A stretch of 63,278 nt of DNA, filler included, from Octopus bimaculoides (lineage: Eukaryota), in assembly GCF_001194135.2 (NCBI RefSeq). It is 5 parts of 5 records of this genome, joined end to end, with 100 filler letters (N's around TTAATTAATTAA, not from the genome) between each part and the next. Parts side by side here need not be neighbours in the genome. Positions count along the whole stretch, not along the records: positions 30,023 to 42,510 come from NC_068984.1; positions 42,611 to 55,102 come from NC_068999.1; 3 more parts are not named here. One strand, 5' to 3'. The first letter of the stretch is position 1; each line of letters starts with the position of its first letter. The notes beneath the pieces are model-generated. The model was not told the origin of the DNA. It ran no database searches and saw only the letters and a list, made by a program, of their open reading frames with translations. Shown one piece after another: positions 38,521 through 50,900 of the stretch. A program made the position numbers and the translations under genes.

Positions 38521-41500
38521 TCCAGCTTGCAGTGCAGGGCATTCCCTTCATCAGCTCTCAACTGCAGATCAAAGTTATTTCAGTGACTTGTGACAGTATT
38601 GCTTCTTCCAATTGTGTCAAACAGCATTGATGTTAGCTAGGGATTGTTTACGTTATTTTAGTCCCACAAAATTCAGTAAACTCAGTGATATTCAAAATGT
38701 CTCATCTCATCCAATTAAACACTTTTAGCATTTCCATGAAATTCAGATATAGTGAACGTGTACCATAGAAGGGGAATGAACGGACAGAGAGATAGAAACA
38801 TGCTGTTAATTAAATTAATCAATATTAACTTAGAAGTTAATTAAATCGGTTATATTTTTCCTCTTATAGTTTAGCAGCTTCATTCATAAGAAATCTTAAT
38901 TAGGAGCTCACCATCATCATCATCATCATCATCATCATCGTTTAACATCCGCTTTCCATGCTAGCATGAGTTGAACGATTTGACTGAGGACTGGTGAAAC
39001 CAGATGGCAGAGTTTCTACAGCTGGATGCCCTTCCTAATGCCAACCACTCCGAGAATGTAGTGGGTGCTTTTACGTGCCACCGGCACGAAGGCCAGTCAG
39101 GCGGTACTGGCAACGGCCACACTCAGAATGGTGTATTTTATGTGCCACCCGCGCAGGAGCCAGTCCAGGGGCACTGGCAACGATCTCGCTCGAGCTATTA
39201 GTAAAAATAATAGGGTCAGACTAAATGCAATGTTTTTAGTTATGGTTTCTTTATATTTTAAGTTGAAACCTTACTGGCATTGACTTTTACACTTTCATCT
39301 CTCTAGCGTGAATAAAATAAGTACCAGTCATATACTAAGGTAAATTTAACTGGAGTATACTCCTCTGCCAAATTGTATAAAACTTATTTTTTGTGTTTTG
39401 CAGAAATGTTATTTCCAGGTTGTCATTGCAGTGTATAGTTATGTCCCTTCCCATTCTTAGTTGAAATCCCAAGATTTGTTTGCTTAATCTTTTTATCTCA
39501 TCATTTACAGAAGTTTAACACTTAAGCATTTAAACCAGCCATATCCGGTCAAAGTGTTCTACCTCTATTATGTTCAAACTGGCCTGGTCTGGCCTCTCAC
39601 ACCAACCCTACAGTATCATTCTATGATTTAACAGTTACCTCATCAAAATCTCAAAGTACAAAATGGCTCATTCAAAACGATGTGAATGAATAAGCATAAC
39701 TTTGATAGAATAATGTGAATGCTAAAGGGTTTAATCCAAGAATAGCCATCTTTATCTATACATGGACCCTACCTCTTGTGTTCCATTTTTCTTATACATA
39801 CAATCTGTGGATTGCAGATTTTAGTTTGTGTATACAGAACATAAGTGTTTTGCTGGTGTATACAGTTTGTGTATACAGAACATAAGTGTTCTGCTGGTTT
39901 TATTTTAATTTTTTCTAATTTCCAACTCAAAATGTTTGAAGTAGTCCCATCTATATTATCAGTGATCTTGCTATGGTGTTGTTTTACTTTAGTTTAACTT
40001 CTTGAGTTAAGCTCTGCTTCATTCTAGTTCATGTTTTATTTCATGTTTTATTTCAAAACATTTCTACATTTCATGGATTGACAGATAGATTGACTTGAGC
40101 ATTGGATGAAATGCCTTGAAGTATATAATAATAATAATAATGAAAATGAAGGTTTCAAATTTTTACACAAGGCCAGAAATTTTAGAGAGAGATGGATGGT
40201 CAATTACTGATATTTTATTTTATTGATTCAAAATGATGAAAGGTAAAGTTGACCCTGATGGAATTTGAACTCAGAACATAAAGAGCTAGAAAAATTGCCA
40301 CTAAGCATTTTGTTTGATGAGCTCATGACTCTGCCAGCTTACTATACTACTACTACTACTACTGCTGCTGCTGCTAATAATAATAATAATAATAATAATG
40401 CTCTTTCAATACAGTAACCATAAGAGCATCACAGCAAACCACAGCACATACCCAAGGCACACAGAGCTGCGTTCGGTAGTGAAGTGAAAGCACGTTATAA
40501 AAATAAAACTACTGAATAATAATAATAATAATAAAGTTGGCCAGCAAGCAGAATTGTTAGCACACCGAGCAAAATGCTTAGCTGCATTTCATCTGTCTTT
40601 ATGTTCTGAGTTCAAATTCTGTCAAAGTTGACTGCCTTTTATTCTTTCAGAGTCAATAAAATAAGTATCAGTTGAGTATTGGAGTTGATGTAATTGACTA
40701 AAATCCCTCCCTCAAACCTGCTGGCCTTGTGCCAAAATTTGAAACCATTGTTATCATTATCGTTGTTATTTTGACTCAGCCAGTTGTATGATAGAAAGAG
40801 TACCACACTAAATGGTTTATAGTATTTAGTTATGTCTCTTTTTCATCTGAGTCCCATTTCCACTAGGCCTAATTTTGTTTCTCATCATGATGGGGTTGAT
40901 AAAATAAAGTAACTGTTAGACACTGCAATTGATTTCCCTTCACAACTACCACCAGAATTTTACAGATGGATATCTTACCAAAATGCCTGTCACCATAACT
41001 GTAAGTGGAGCAGTTGTCTACTTCTCAAGACAACACTGCTATATCTATTGCTTGGTGTGGTTTGAACCAGTGTTTCTATACTGTTATCATTTAACTGTCG
41101 TGCATTTTTATCAGGTCAGCATTAATCTCTTCTGAAAATTGCAGTAACATGGGATTGATAAAATGTGTAAAACAAAATTGTATCTTCTTTTCAGTATCTG
41201 TCCTTAACTTGTTTCAGTCAATGGACTACAGCCCTCACCCCCAGTACTTATTTTAAGTCTGGTGCTTATTCTACCAGTCTCTTTTGCTGAACTGCTAAGT
41301 TACTGTGATGTAAACAAACCTGCACCAGTTCTCAAGCAGTAGTGGGGAACAAAGACACACATGCATGCACATATATATGATGTGTTGCTATACTTTCATC
41401 ATCATCATTTAACATCCATTTCCTATGCTGGCATGGATTAGACGGTTTGATTGGAACTGGTAAGCCAGAGAGCTGCACCAGGCTCCAGCTTGTTTTGGCT

Positions 41501-41672
41501 TGGTTTCTATGGCTAGATGCCCTTCCTAACACTCACCACTCCACAGAGTGTACTGGGGCCCTTTCATGTGTCACTGGCACAGGTGCCTTTTACATGTCAC
41601 CAGCATGGTTGTCTTTTATGTGTCATATACATTGGCCATGACTATGATTTCCCTTAATTTTTCCAAATTCGT

Positions 41673-42052
41673 GGAGGTGCAATGGCCCAGTGGTTAGGGC
41701 AGCGGACTAATGGTCGTAGGATCGCGGTTTCAATTCCCAGACCGGGCGTTGTGAGTGTTTATTGAGTGAAAACACCTAAAGCTCCACGAGGCTCCAGTAG
41801 GGGATTGTGGCGAACCCTGCTGTACTCTTCCACCACAACTTTCTCTCACTCTTACTTCCTGTTTTTGTTGTGCCTGTAATTCAAAGGGTCAGCCTTGTCA
41901 CACTCTGTGTCACGCTGAATCTCCCGAGAACTACGTTAAAGGTGCACGTGTCTGTGGAGTGCTCAGCCACTTGCACGTTAATTTCACGAGCCGGCTGTTC
42001 TGTTGATCGGATCAACTGGAACCCTCGACGTCGTAACTGACGGAATGCCAAC
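41673..42052 (+). mobile_element. tRNA-derived SINE, family C
   Basis: Near-identical to 13198-13588 in the opposite orientation; ends ~180 bp upstream of the last ARRDC exon. Confidence 0.9.
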
Positions 42053-42235
42053 CAGTTTCCAAATTCATTCACAAGGCATTTGTTGGCCTGGAGCCACACA
42101 GTGGAACCGAACCCAAAGCTACATGGTAGTAAAGTGAGCTTCTTAACCACACAACCATGCCCGCACCTAACCAATTTTGTTTTCTATTTTAGTTTATTTG
42201 TTTTTGTCTTCAATGTTATACAATCTATCTTTCAG

Positions 42236-42298
42236 ATTGATCCGAATCCTTCAACTCAATCGACCACAGTACGTTTTCTGGAAGACGGACATTCATGA
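42236..42298 (+). CDS. ARRDC3: Alpha-arrestin terminal coding exon
   Basis: Acceptor ctatctttcag|ATT in phase 0. Encodes IDPNPSTQSTTVRFLEDGHS-stop, giving PPPAYSEIDPNP across the junction, as in the vertebrate ARRDC3 tail (PPPLYSEIDPNP). No AATAAA seen before the linker at 42511. Confidence 0.88.
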   Translation: MDPNPSTQSTTVRFLEDGHS

Positions 42299-42472
42299 CG
42301 CTGAACTGGCAACATTATGTCATATAGTCCACTATTGTTTGAGCTGGCCAGATAAAAAGAGATTGCCATCTTGATTCTAACTCTGACTCACATGAGTAGC
42401 CATTACTTGTTGGCTGTTGCTGGTCAATCTGTCTACAAGCTATGCTGACCAAGAAGAGTAATCAAAGTGTAT

Positions 42473-42510
<38 letters not shown>

Positions 42511-43327
42511 NNNNNNNNNNNNNNNNNNNNNNNNNNNNNNNNNNNNNNNNNNNNTTAATTAATTAANNNNNNNNNNNNNNNNNNNNNNNNNNNNNNNNNN
42601 NNNNNNNNNNACCATTTCGAGCGTGGCCGTTTTCGTGCGGGTGACACGTAAAAGCACCCACTACACTCTCTGAGTGGTTGGCGTTAGGAAGGGCATCCAG
42701 CTGTAGAAACTCTGCCAAATCAGACAGGAGCCTGGTGTTGCCATCCGGTTTCACCAGTCCTCAGTCAAATCGTCCAACCCATGCTAGCATGGAAAGCGGA
42801 CGTTAAACGATGATGATGATGATGATGATGATGATGAATTCTGCTATTTCTCTCAGTTTTTCTAGTTTACATTTCCTTCAGTAAGAGATTTAAAGAATTT
42901 GACATTGGGAATTTGCAAGTGATATTGGCTAGAAAGTTTCTTTATCCAATAGAATGGAACAAGATGGTATCCTGATCAAGAATACTGAGTAAGTAAGTAA
43001 TAAATATGTATAGGTGCCTTTTTTTCTTCAGATTGTTGGAACTGTGATAACTTGTTAAAGGCACTGACCATCAGGATGTCTACAAATTACCACGTAATGT
43101 AATGTTTAGAAATCCTTAGAATGTGAATATAATCATTTTGCATTCAGGAAAAATTAAACTAAATAGTTCTTCTATTGCCCTGGGATCAAAACAATGGTTT
43201 TCAAATACAGGTTCCTATAAATATTTGTGAAAATAATATAGCCATTCCATTTATGCTAACATGTAAAAACATATATAAGGAATAAAACAAAAATATTTTC
43301 AAAATAATTTGCTGTATATTAACATGT

Positions 43328-43722
43328 AGGTGCAGATATGGCTGTGTGGTAAGAAGTTTGCTTCCCAACCACATGGTCTTGGGTTCAGTTCCACTGTATG
43401 GAACCTTGTGCAAGTGTCTTCTGTTACAGCTCCTGGTCAATGAAAGTCTTGTGAGTGGATTTGGTAGATGGAAACTGAAAGAAGCCCATTCTGTGTATGT
43501 GTGTGTGCATGTGTCATTGTGTTTGTCCTCATAACTGCTGGACAACTCATGTTGGTTTTGCTTACTTTCCTGTAACTTAGCAGTTTGTCATAGGAGACCA
43601 ATAAAATAAGTTCAAGGATTAGAAAAAGAAAATACTGGGGTTGATTTGTATGACTAAACCCTTCAAGCCAGTACCCCAGAATGGCTGCAGTCTAATGACT
43701 GAAACAAGTAAAAGTTAGAAGA
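43328..43722 (+). mobile_element. SINE family A, diverged CpG-depleted copy
   Basis: Full family A layout with many TG/CA where younger copies have CG. Confidence 0.8.
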
Positions 43723-43835
43723 TAAAATGTATTAATTAACAGTTTTAATTAAGTTCAACAGGAAAATATATATCAACATGTATTAACAGTTTTACTTATA
43801 AAAAAAAAAAACCCAACGATAAAATAAAAACTTAC

Positions 43836-44444
43836 ATGACTTGTTGATAGATTCTTTGGTCTTCGTTTACGCCTGGGAGGAGCAACAGGTGGATTTAGAG
43901 TGGAAGGTAACACATTCTGACTCTTTGTGTCCATTGTATTAGGAGGGGTTAAATTACGGGGTTTAGCACTTTGGATGATATCTGGTTCATTGTCTTTGGC
44001 CACTAAACTGACTATATTGTTTTTGAGACACATATCGGTAGAAGCAGCATAGTAAGGATCTTGTAGGACACCGGTGGTTGGGAACTTTTCAGGAACTGTG
44101 ACGGTCATACTGATATCTGTAAAAGGATGGCCGGCAGAAGTTTGAGCAAGAGAAGAGGAAGATTGCTCTAAGAGAGGAGATGAAAGACTGAGAGGGGGAG
44201 GGCAAACGTTTTTGGACATTATATCATTGCTACTTGACTTAGAAGACAATTGTATGTTATTGATATCAAAATCAGCAGGATGTAAAGATGCTTCGGCTTT
44301 ATCGGTATTGCCAGGAACATCAAAGTCTTTAAATAAATCTTCACTGTCATTCTTCAACGGGGATTTGTCTTCGGACAAGGCTTGCCGCAACAGTTCGACT
44401 TTGCGGCGTCTTCTCCTATTCTCTAGCACCTTCTTTTCGGCTTC
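43836..44444 (-). CDS. WDR44: 609-nt coding exon, Ser/Pro-rich N-terminal region, probable WDR44 (rabphilin-11)-like protein
   Basis: Minus-strand acceptor tttttttatag|GAA and donor CAT|gtaagt; 203 open codons, phase 0-0. EAEKKVLENRRRRRKVELLRQ...EPDIIQSAKPRNLTPP...PPVAPPRRKRRPK resembles, from memory, WDR44 KPPRHLTPEPDIVASTKK...PAPPPRKRK. Exon status is solid; the gene name is tentative because no WD40 exon is visible. Confidence 0.65.
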
Positions 44445-44716
44445 CTATAAAAAAAATTTTTTTTTTTTAATTTTTTTAAAGACAAAATTATAATTATGGA
44501 AAATTCTCTGCAACATTACAATACATACATATCATCATCATCATCGTCGTCGTCGTCGTCGTTGTTGTTGTTGTTAAAGCATAGTTGTGTTAGGTGAGAG
44601 AGGTGGGGGGGGGTGATTGACAGGAGTAGGGACAAGGGAAGGAGGGATAAGAAAGAAAGAGAGGGAACAATGAAGGGAAGACAAAGAAACAGTGAGAAAA
44701 CAGGCTGACATACATA

Positions 44717-44756
<40 letters not shown>

Positions 44757-45299
44757 CACACACACACGACTCTGATATACTCTCTTACTTGTTTCAGTTG
44801 GCTTGCATAAATTCTATTTGAGGTTACATGACAAAAAAAAAAAACACTAACACAGCTGTAAGATTCTACTTAGAATTTAACTGAAATTAGATTCTCTGCC
44901 AGCTCATGTGATATAATTTCACTGTTATTAACTGTAATTAACTATAAATTCTATAAATTATAAATTACTATTAACTATAAATTCACTGTATTATACAACA
45001 CTGAGTTAGTTATAAATAATAAATGTTTTCTATTTATATTGGCAAAGCAATGATGTATCCTTAACTGCATGTTAAATGGCAATTCAAATTAGAAAATTAG
45101 TTTTAAACTTGTTTCAACTTGACATTTTCTTCAGAATGCCTTTTGCACACCATTCATATCACATTATGTCTTCAAGACACTGACATCTCAATTTTGTCAC
45201 AAGAGACTTTAATATAGATAATGGATTTCAAAGACCCCTTGTCTAAACAGGTCTTTCTTTACTGGTGAGTGTAAGAAAGGGAAACAAGGGAGAAGACTG

Positions 45300-45560
45300 G
45301 AGTGACAGTAATAAGCTTAAAAGCATCTTGTAATCAAGTATTTCAAAGCGAACAAGATTGGCCTTCTTGAGAGCATGTGTAGAGGACATTCTTCTCTATG
45401 GAGCTGAAACCTGGTCTACGAACACAAGAACTTCAAGATCACCTAGATGGTACCTACCCTAGGCTTCATGGGAGTTCAGAACATCTCATGGCATGAATAC
45501 AAGACCATAAAGGAGATTTTTATGGATGCATTCCACCCATGTCCACAACTGTTATTCAAC
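45300..45560 (+). mobile_element. RTE-type LINE remnant (post-RT region)
   Basis: Frameshifted translation TRLAFLRACVEDILLYGAETWS...LDGTYPRL..GVQNISW; LLYGAETW is the typical RTE-clade motif. Confidence 0.8.
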
Positions 45561-45765
45561 ACAGGCTTTGCAGACCAATGCTATTGTACTGAATGCTATT
45601 GTAATATCAGGATGAAAACAACTCCGCTATCTTTTATCTTTTACTTGTTTCAGTCATTAGGAAAAAATCGCCAACAATCCATGTGGGGTTACATTTCTAA
45701 GGTGACCAGAAATGGAAGGAGAAAGAGAAAGTGGTTTCTGGGACACGAGTGTGTGAAGAAGGTCA

Positions 45766-45807
<42 letters not shown>

Positions 45808-46134
45808 CAGTAACTGCATGTGAACGTGTGGTAGCATGTGTGCTTGTAGTAGTAACTGTGTGTGTGTGTGTGTGAGTTGTGCGTGGTTGGATCTGTGTGC
45901 ATGAGTGTTAGTGTTGGCTTTCATGTTGCTGTGATAGGTCAATCATAAGTCATCAGCTGTAATGAAAGGTGTGTGAATGGGTGGATGTGGCTCTGTGTGT
46001 GTGTGTGTGTGTGTTTGCATATGTGCATAGACAGAGTGGGAATGTGTGTTTGTGTATGTGTGTGCATATACATATTGGTGCATGTGTGTGTGTCTCTTTG
46101 TGTGTCAGTCTGTCTCTCTCTCATCATCAACCTT

Positions 46135-46167
<33 letters not shown>

Positions 46168-46347
46168 CTGTACATGCACTGGTTATTTTTTTTATACTAG
46201 TCCATTGATTAACCATTTAACCAATTAACTAACCAATTGCTTGATTAATAATTTAGTCAATCAATCAGCTCCATTTGTTAAATGAAAATACAGAAATCAA
46301 ATACAAATAAGGCTGTTCATAAAATTATTAAGAAAAAAATCACTTAC

Positions 46348-46429
46348 AAATATTTCACTTTCTTCAAGTTGTGATTTTTTATGGAGTACTTCCAACATTT
46401 TCCCTAATTCGTTATTCTCATAGCTTTTC
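46348..46429 (-). CDS. Upstream coding exon of the WDR44-like gene
   Basis: Acceptor tttttcttactccag|G and donor TTT|gtaagt; 82 nt = 1 nt + KSYENNELGKMLEVLHKKSQLEESEIF. Ends in phase 0, matching the 43836-44444 exon. The preceding phase-2 exon was not found. Confidence 0.7.
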
Positions 46430-46491
46430 CTGGAGTAAGAAAAAAAATAAAATAAAGAGACAATGAAGATATATGAAATGAATTTAAATTG

Positions 46492-46833
46492 ATGTAAAGG
46501 GTATAGACTCCCTTCGGTCATGACTGACCCTGGGATTGCACCTAGAAAGTTACCCTCTGAGGCACAGGTCTGGGTAAGGTAATGGATGACGAGCAGTCCC
46601 CCCTGCATACTAACCCCCCTCTCCACGCCACTGATGTTATCCAAGGGAAAGGCAAAGGGGCCGATACAGCTTGGCACCTGTGACATGGCAACTCATTTCT
46701 ACAGCTGAGTGAACTGGAGCAACGTGAAATAAAAGTGTCTTGCTCAAGAACACAACACGCAGCCCGGTCTGGGAATCAAACTCGCAACTTTACGATTGTA
46801 AGCCCGACACCCTAACCACTGAGCCACGAGCCT
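46492..46833 (-). mobile_element. SINE with family E head and a different 3' half
   Basis: Head ggctcgtggctcagtggttagggtg and the gttcttgagcaagacact core shared with family E, but the 3' half is cctttgcctttcccttggataac...ctaggtgcaatccc. Partial copy at ~23320-23528. Confidence 0.8.
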
Positions 46834-47008
46834 TAAATTGATGTAATTAGACAATAACAATAATAACAATTTAAAAAGTTTACCATATTTTCCAATGTAC
46901 AAATCAAATTTTTCAGACCAAGGTTTATGATCAAAACAATGGTGGGTCAACTTAACGCAGCAGGATTTGGAAAGATATTGGTCATATTTGAATATTTACA
47001 CTATATAC

Positions 47009-47201
47009 CTGCAGTTCTCAACCACAGCTCACAGGGCTGCAAGTGGCCCCCGAGCATCCTTCCAGTGGCTCTTGATGGGCTTCCCTCTAAAAATATAATA
47101 AATTTTTCTTTCATTAACTTTACTTCTTTTGGTGCAACTCCCTAAAAAAAAAATTGAGGCTTTGCATCTGGACCAGATATTAAAATGGTTGAGAACCACA
47201 G
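47009..47201. mobile_element. hAT MITE (193 bp) with perfect 8-bp TSD
   Basis: TIRs CTGCAGTTCTCAACC / CTGTGGTTCTCAACC; TSD ctatatac at 47001-47008 and 47202-47209. Confidence 0.88.
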
Positions 47202-47339
47202 CTATATACTTTGTTGACTGGAAAATACGGCAATCATAACCATTTAGAAAATATATTTACTGACATCATCATTGCAGGACTGTCTTCCATGATGGCATAT
47301 TTTTACAGGAGCTGATAAACGAGAGGACTGTGCCAGGCT

Positions 47340-47995
47340 CTCCTGTCTGTTTTGGCATGGTTTTTTCAGCCAGATACCCTTCCTGACACCAACCACTTTA
47401 CAGATAGACTGGATGCTTTTAACATGCACCAACACTGGTGAGGTCTGGTTTAGCATGGCTTTTATGGTTGGATACCCGACCACTTTATAGAGTGGATTGG
47501 GTGCTTTTTATGTGGCACCAGCACCAGCAAGGTCTGTTTAGGCATGATTTTTACGGTGGAGTGCCCTTCCTAACACCAACCACTTTACAGAGTGGACTGG
47601 GTGCTTTATTCATGGCACCAGCACTGGTGAGATCTGTTTTGGCATAGTTTTTATGGCTGGATGCCCTTCCTAATGCCAACCACTTTACAGAGTGGACTAC
47701 ATGCTTTGTATATGATACCAATACNNNNNNNNNNTGGCTGGATGCCCTTCCTAATGCCAACCACTTTACAGAGTGGACTACATGCTTTGTATATGATACC
47801 AATACCAGCAAGGTCTGGTTTGGCATGGTTTTTATGACTGGATGCCCTTCCTAATGCCAACCATTTTACAGAGTGGGCTTTTTACATAGCACGAGAACCA
47901 GCAAGGTCTGTTTTGGCATGATTTTTATGGCAGGATGCTCTTCCTAACGTCGATCACTTTACAGAGTGGATTGGATGCTTTGTACAGGGCACCAG
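47340..47995. repeat. Tandem array of a ~100-bp unit derived from family D
   Basis: The motif ccactttacagag recurs at about 47393, 47480, 47580, 47680, 47761, 47861 and 47954. Confidence 0.85.
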
Positions 47996-50900
47996 CATTC
48001 TATCTATAATTTGTAACCCTTTCAAAATAATATTTTATGAATCTGTTTCATTTCATATTCATTAATTTAAAAGAAAAAAACTTTGGGAAAAGATTTACAG
48101 AATTATTTGTCCATAGATGTTCCAAAGAGAAGGAAAAAAACCCAACCCAGAATAATGATATCATCAATAATATTGATTTTGTCTTGTCTATATAATACCA
48201 TTCTGTCTACAACAATCAATCAATTAATCAATCAGTCAATCAATCGATCGATCAATCAACTATTGATTTAGCAGACAAAATATGGCAAGACACATGTGGG
48301 TATGGCTGTGTTGATGTGAAGTTCATTCTGTTACCATGTGGTGTCATTGTCTGGCACCTTGAACAAGTGACATTTAATGGAACCCTGGGCTGACCAATGC
48401 CTTGTGAGTGAAACTGGAAGATGGAAACTGTATGGAAGAGTGTGCATTTGTGTGCATGTGTGTGTGTTCCCGCATGTGAGAGAAAGGGAGAGAGAGAGAG
48501 AGAGTGTGTGTGTGTGTGTGCACGCGTGCATGTGAGAGAAAGGGAGGGAGAGAGAGAGAAAGGGAAAGAGAGGGAGAGAGTAAGGGAGAAAGAGAGAGAG
48601 TGTGTGTGTGTGTTTTTGCATGAAGTTTGAGCTACAAATCAGAAACATTAAGTTAGTATTTCCTGCCAACAACAAAATATCCTCTAGCCTCTCCTTTTCT
48701 GGTGATAAGTGAAATGAAAACTCTTTTGGTTGAAAAAACGGCTTTGGATTAAAAACAGAAAGGACACCTAGCTATTAAAACAAACCAAACAATCTGTCAG
48801 TAGCATGTATTCACGTTAGCAGAGAAAAACCCGACATAAAATGAATGAAATATACATCCTTGTACAAAAATATACATACACACATACTTGCGTGTGTGTG
48901 TTTCATCATTATTATTTGAAATCCTCATCATTATTATTATTATTATTATTATTATTACTACTGCTAAGGAGGTGAGCTAACAGAGTCTTTAGCACCCCAG
49001 GCAAAATGCTTAGAGAAATTACATCTACCTTTACATTCTGAGTTCAAATTCTGCCAAGGTCATCTTTGCCTTTCATCCTTTCAGGGTGAATGAAATAAGC
49101 ACCAGTTGAGCACTGGGGTCCATGTAATCGACTTATTCTCTCCCCTGAAATTGCTGGCCTTGTACCAAAATTTGAAACTAATGTAATTGCCTAACCCCCT
49201 CCTCCTGTATTCAGGCCTTGCACCTATAGTAGCAAAGTTTATCATCATAAAATATTATTACCATAAACCAGAGTTGAGTCTGCTTCAGGTTAGATTCTTT
49301 CATCCTAACCAATGTACACATTACCTCTGTCGGTTTGGCAGGACAGGGCAAGAATCACTTTACTCAGTACTCAACTTTTCTATTTCTTACCCAAGAGGTT
49401 TCTGAAGCATTTCGTATTTGACACCTTTGGTTTAAATTATCAACATCATTTTAATGTCCACTCTTCCATGCTTATACGAGTTGGACAGAAGCTGTTGATG
49501 CAGATTTTCTATAGCCAGATGCCCATCATGTTTCCAACCCTCATCTATTTCCAAGTAAGGTAACCCAGTATTTTATTGAAAATTACTCTGCAATCTTTTG
49601 ATGTAGTTGTAGTTAATGCTCCTGAGAGGTACATCATCATTGTCATCATCATCATCATTTAACGTCCGTTTTCCATGCTGGGATGGGTTGGACGGCTCAA
49701 CAGGAGCTGACCAGCTGAAGGGCGGTTCAGGCTCCATGTCTGTTTTGGCATGCTTTCTACGGCTGGATGCCCTTCCAAATGCTAACCACTTTACAGGGTG
49801 TACTGGGTGCTTTTACGCAGCACTGGCATGGGTTGCATTTTATGGGGCACCAGCACCTATGAGCCTGCAAGATTAGGGATGCTCAGTCGGACAGAGTTGC
49901 AGGGGACAAGCCTGTATGCAAAGACACTCATGCTTTTACTTAGCTTGACATATCTTCTCAAGCACAGCAAACTGCCAGGTGTCTTAGTCCCCTGTCATCC
50001 CCTCTGAGTCCCAACATCTGTAGATCCATTCTCACTACTTTGTCCCAGGTCTACCCCTTCCACATGTTCCCTGTACAATTAGAGATCGGCACCTCTTGAT
50101 GCAACTGTCTTTGTTCATACGCATTACATGACCATACAATTTAATATATTTACTGCTACTACTACAGCCTTTGTGTTTTGTTCCTTGTACAGCACAGGGC
50201 TATACTCATTAGAGCTCAGCTTCTAGACATTAAACAATAGGTTCCTACTACTTCTTCACAATTGAGTATTTGGCAACAGCAAAGACATTAAGTTCTCACA
50301 ACTATTGCTTTAACAAAAAAAAAAAAAGCCATTCCACTCATGACAGCCCAGTAAAATGAATGTAATACAAAAAAAAAAAGAGAAAAAGGAAGAAAAAAAA
50401 AGGAAATCTTGCTTGTTTTACTGACATGTGAGTATATTGAGATAATTAGGTGTAGGTGGTGTGAGGAATGTTCACCAATTGTTTGTGTGGTTTTGTGTAA
50501 AACCTAATATCCATCAAAGAATTGTAATTAAATTGGTAAAATATGTAGGTGGGGTAATTTAGTTCTTTATAAAAGGTTTCAGCTAGGATGCTATCATGTT
50601 GCCTTGCAGTAATTTTGATGGGATATTTTGAATTTAAACATCTATAAATGGTATTTAGGTGTGGGTTTAAGTAACATAATTAAGACATGTGGTTTTGGTA
50701 GGACTTTGAAGAGGGTTAGCGCTTATATAATTGAAATTACTGTCTGTCTGTTTTTCTTACATTCCTCCGGTTTAATCACATGCCCATTTCTTTGTGGATG
50801 CCGTGATATCTATGTCCTGAAACACGGTGATGGCAGTGATGATGATGATGATGATGCTGGTGATGCTGATGGTGAATAATGTCTTCTGTCATTATTTTTG

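Noticed and set aside
42882-43094. Plus-strand mini exon-intron-exon pattern downstream of ARRDC
   Set aside because: Stops in all frames and an implausibly short 43-nt intron; likely chance splice-like motifs.
47735-47784. Exact duplication across a 10-N gap (similar cases at 38218-38227 and 62726-62735)
   Set aside because: Typical unmerged contig overlap, treated as an assembly artefact.
47340-47995. CRISPR-like repeat array (also 61889-62035 and 21063-21150)
   Set aside because: Whole units repeat with no unique spacers, there are no cas genes, and the context is eukaryotic.
50761-50816. Minus-strand exon candidate for the missing WDR44-like upstream exon
   Set aside because: Good splice sites and the right end phase, but stop codons in all three frames.
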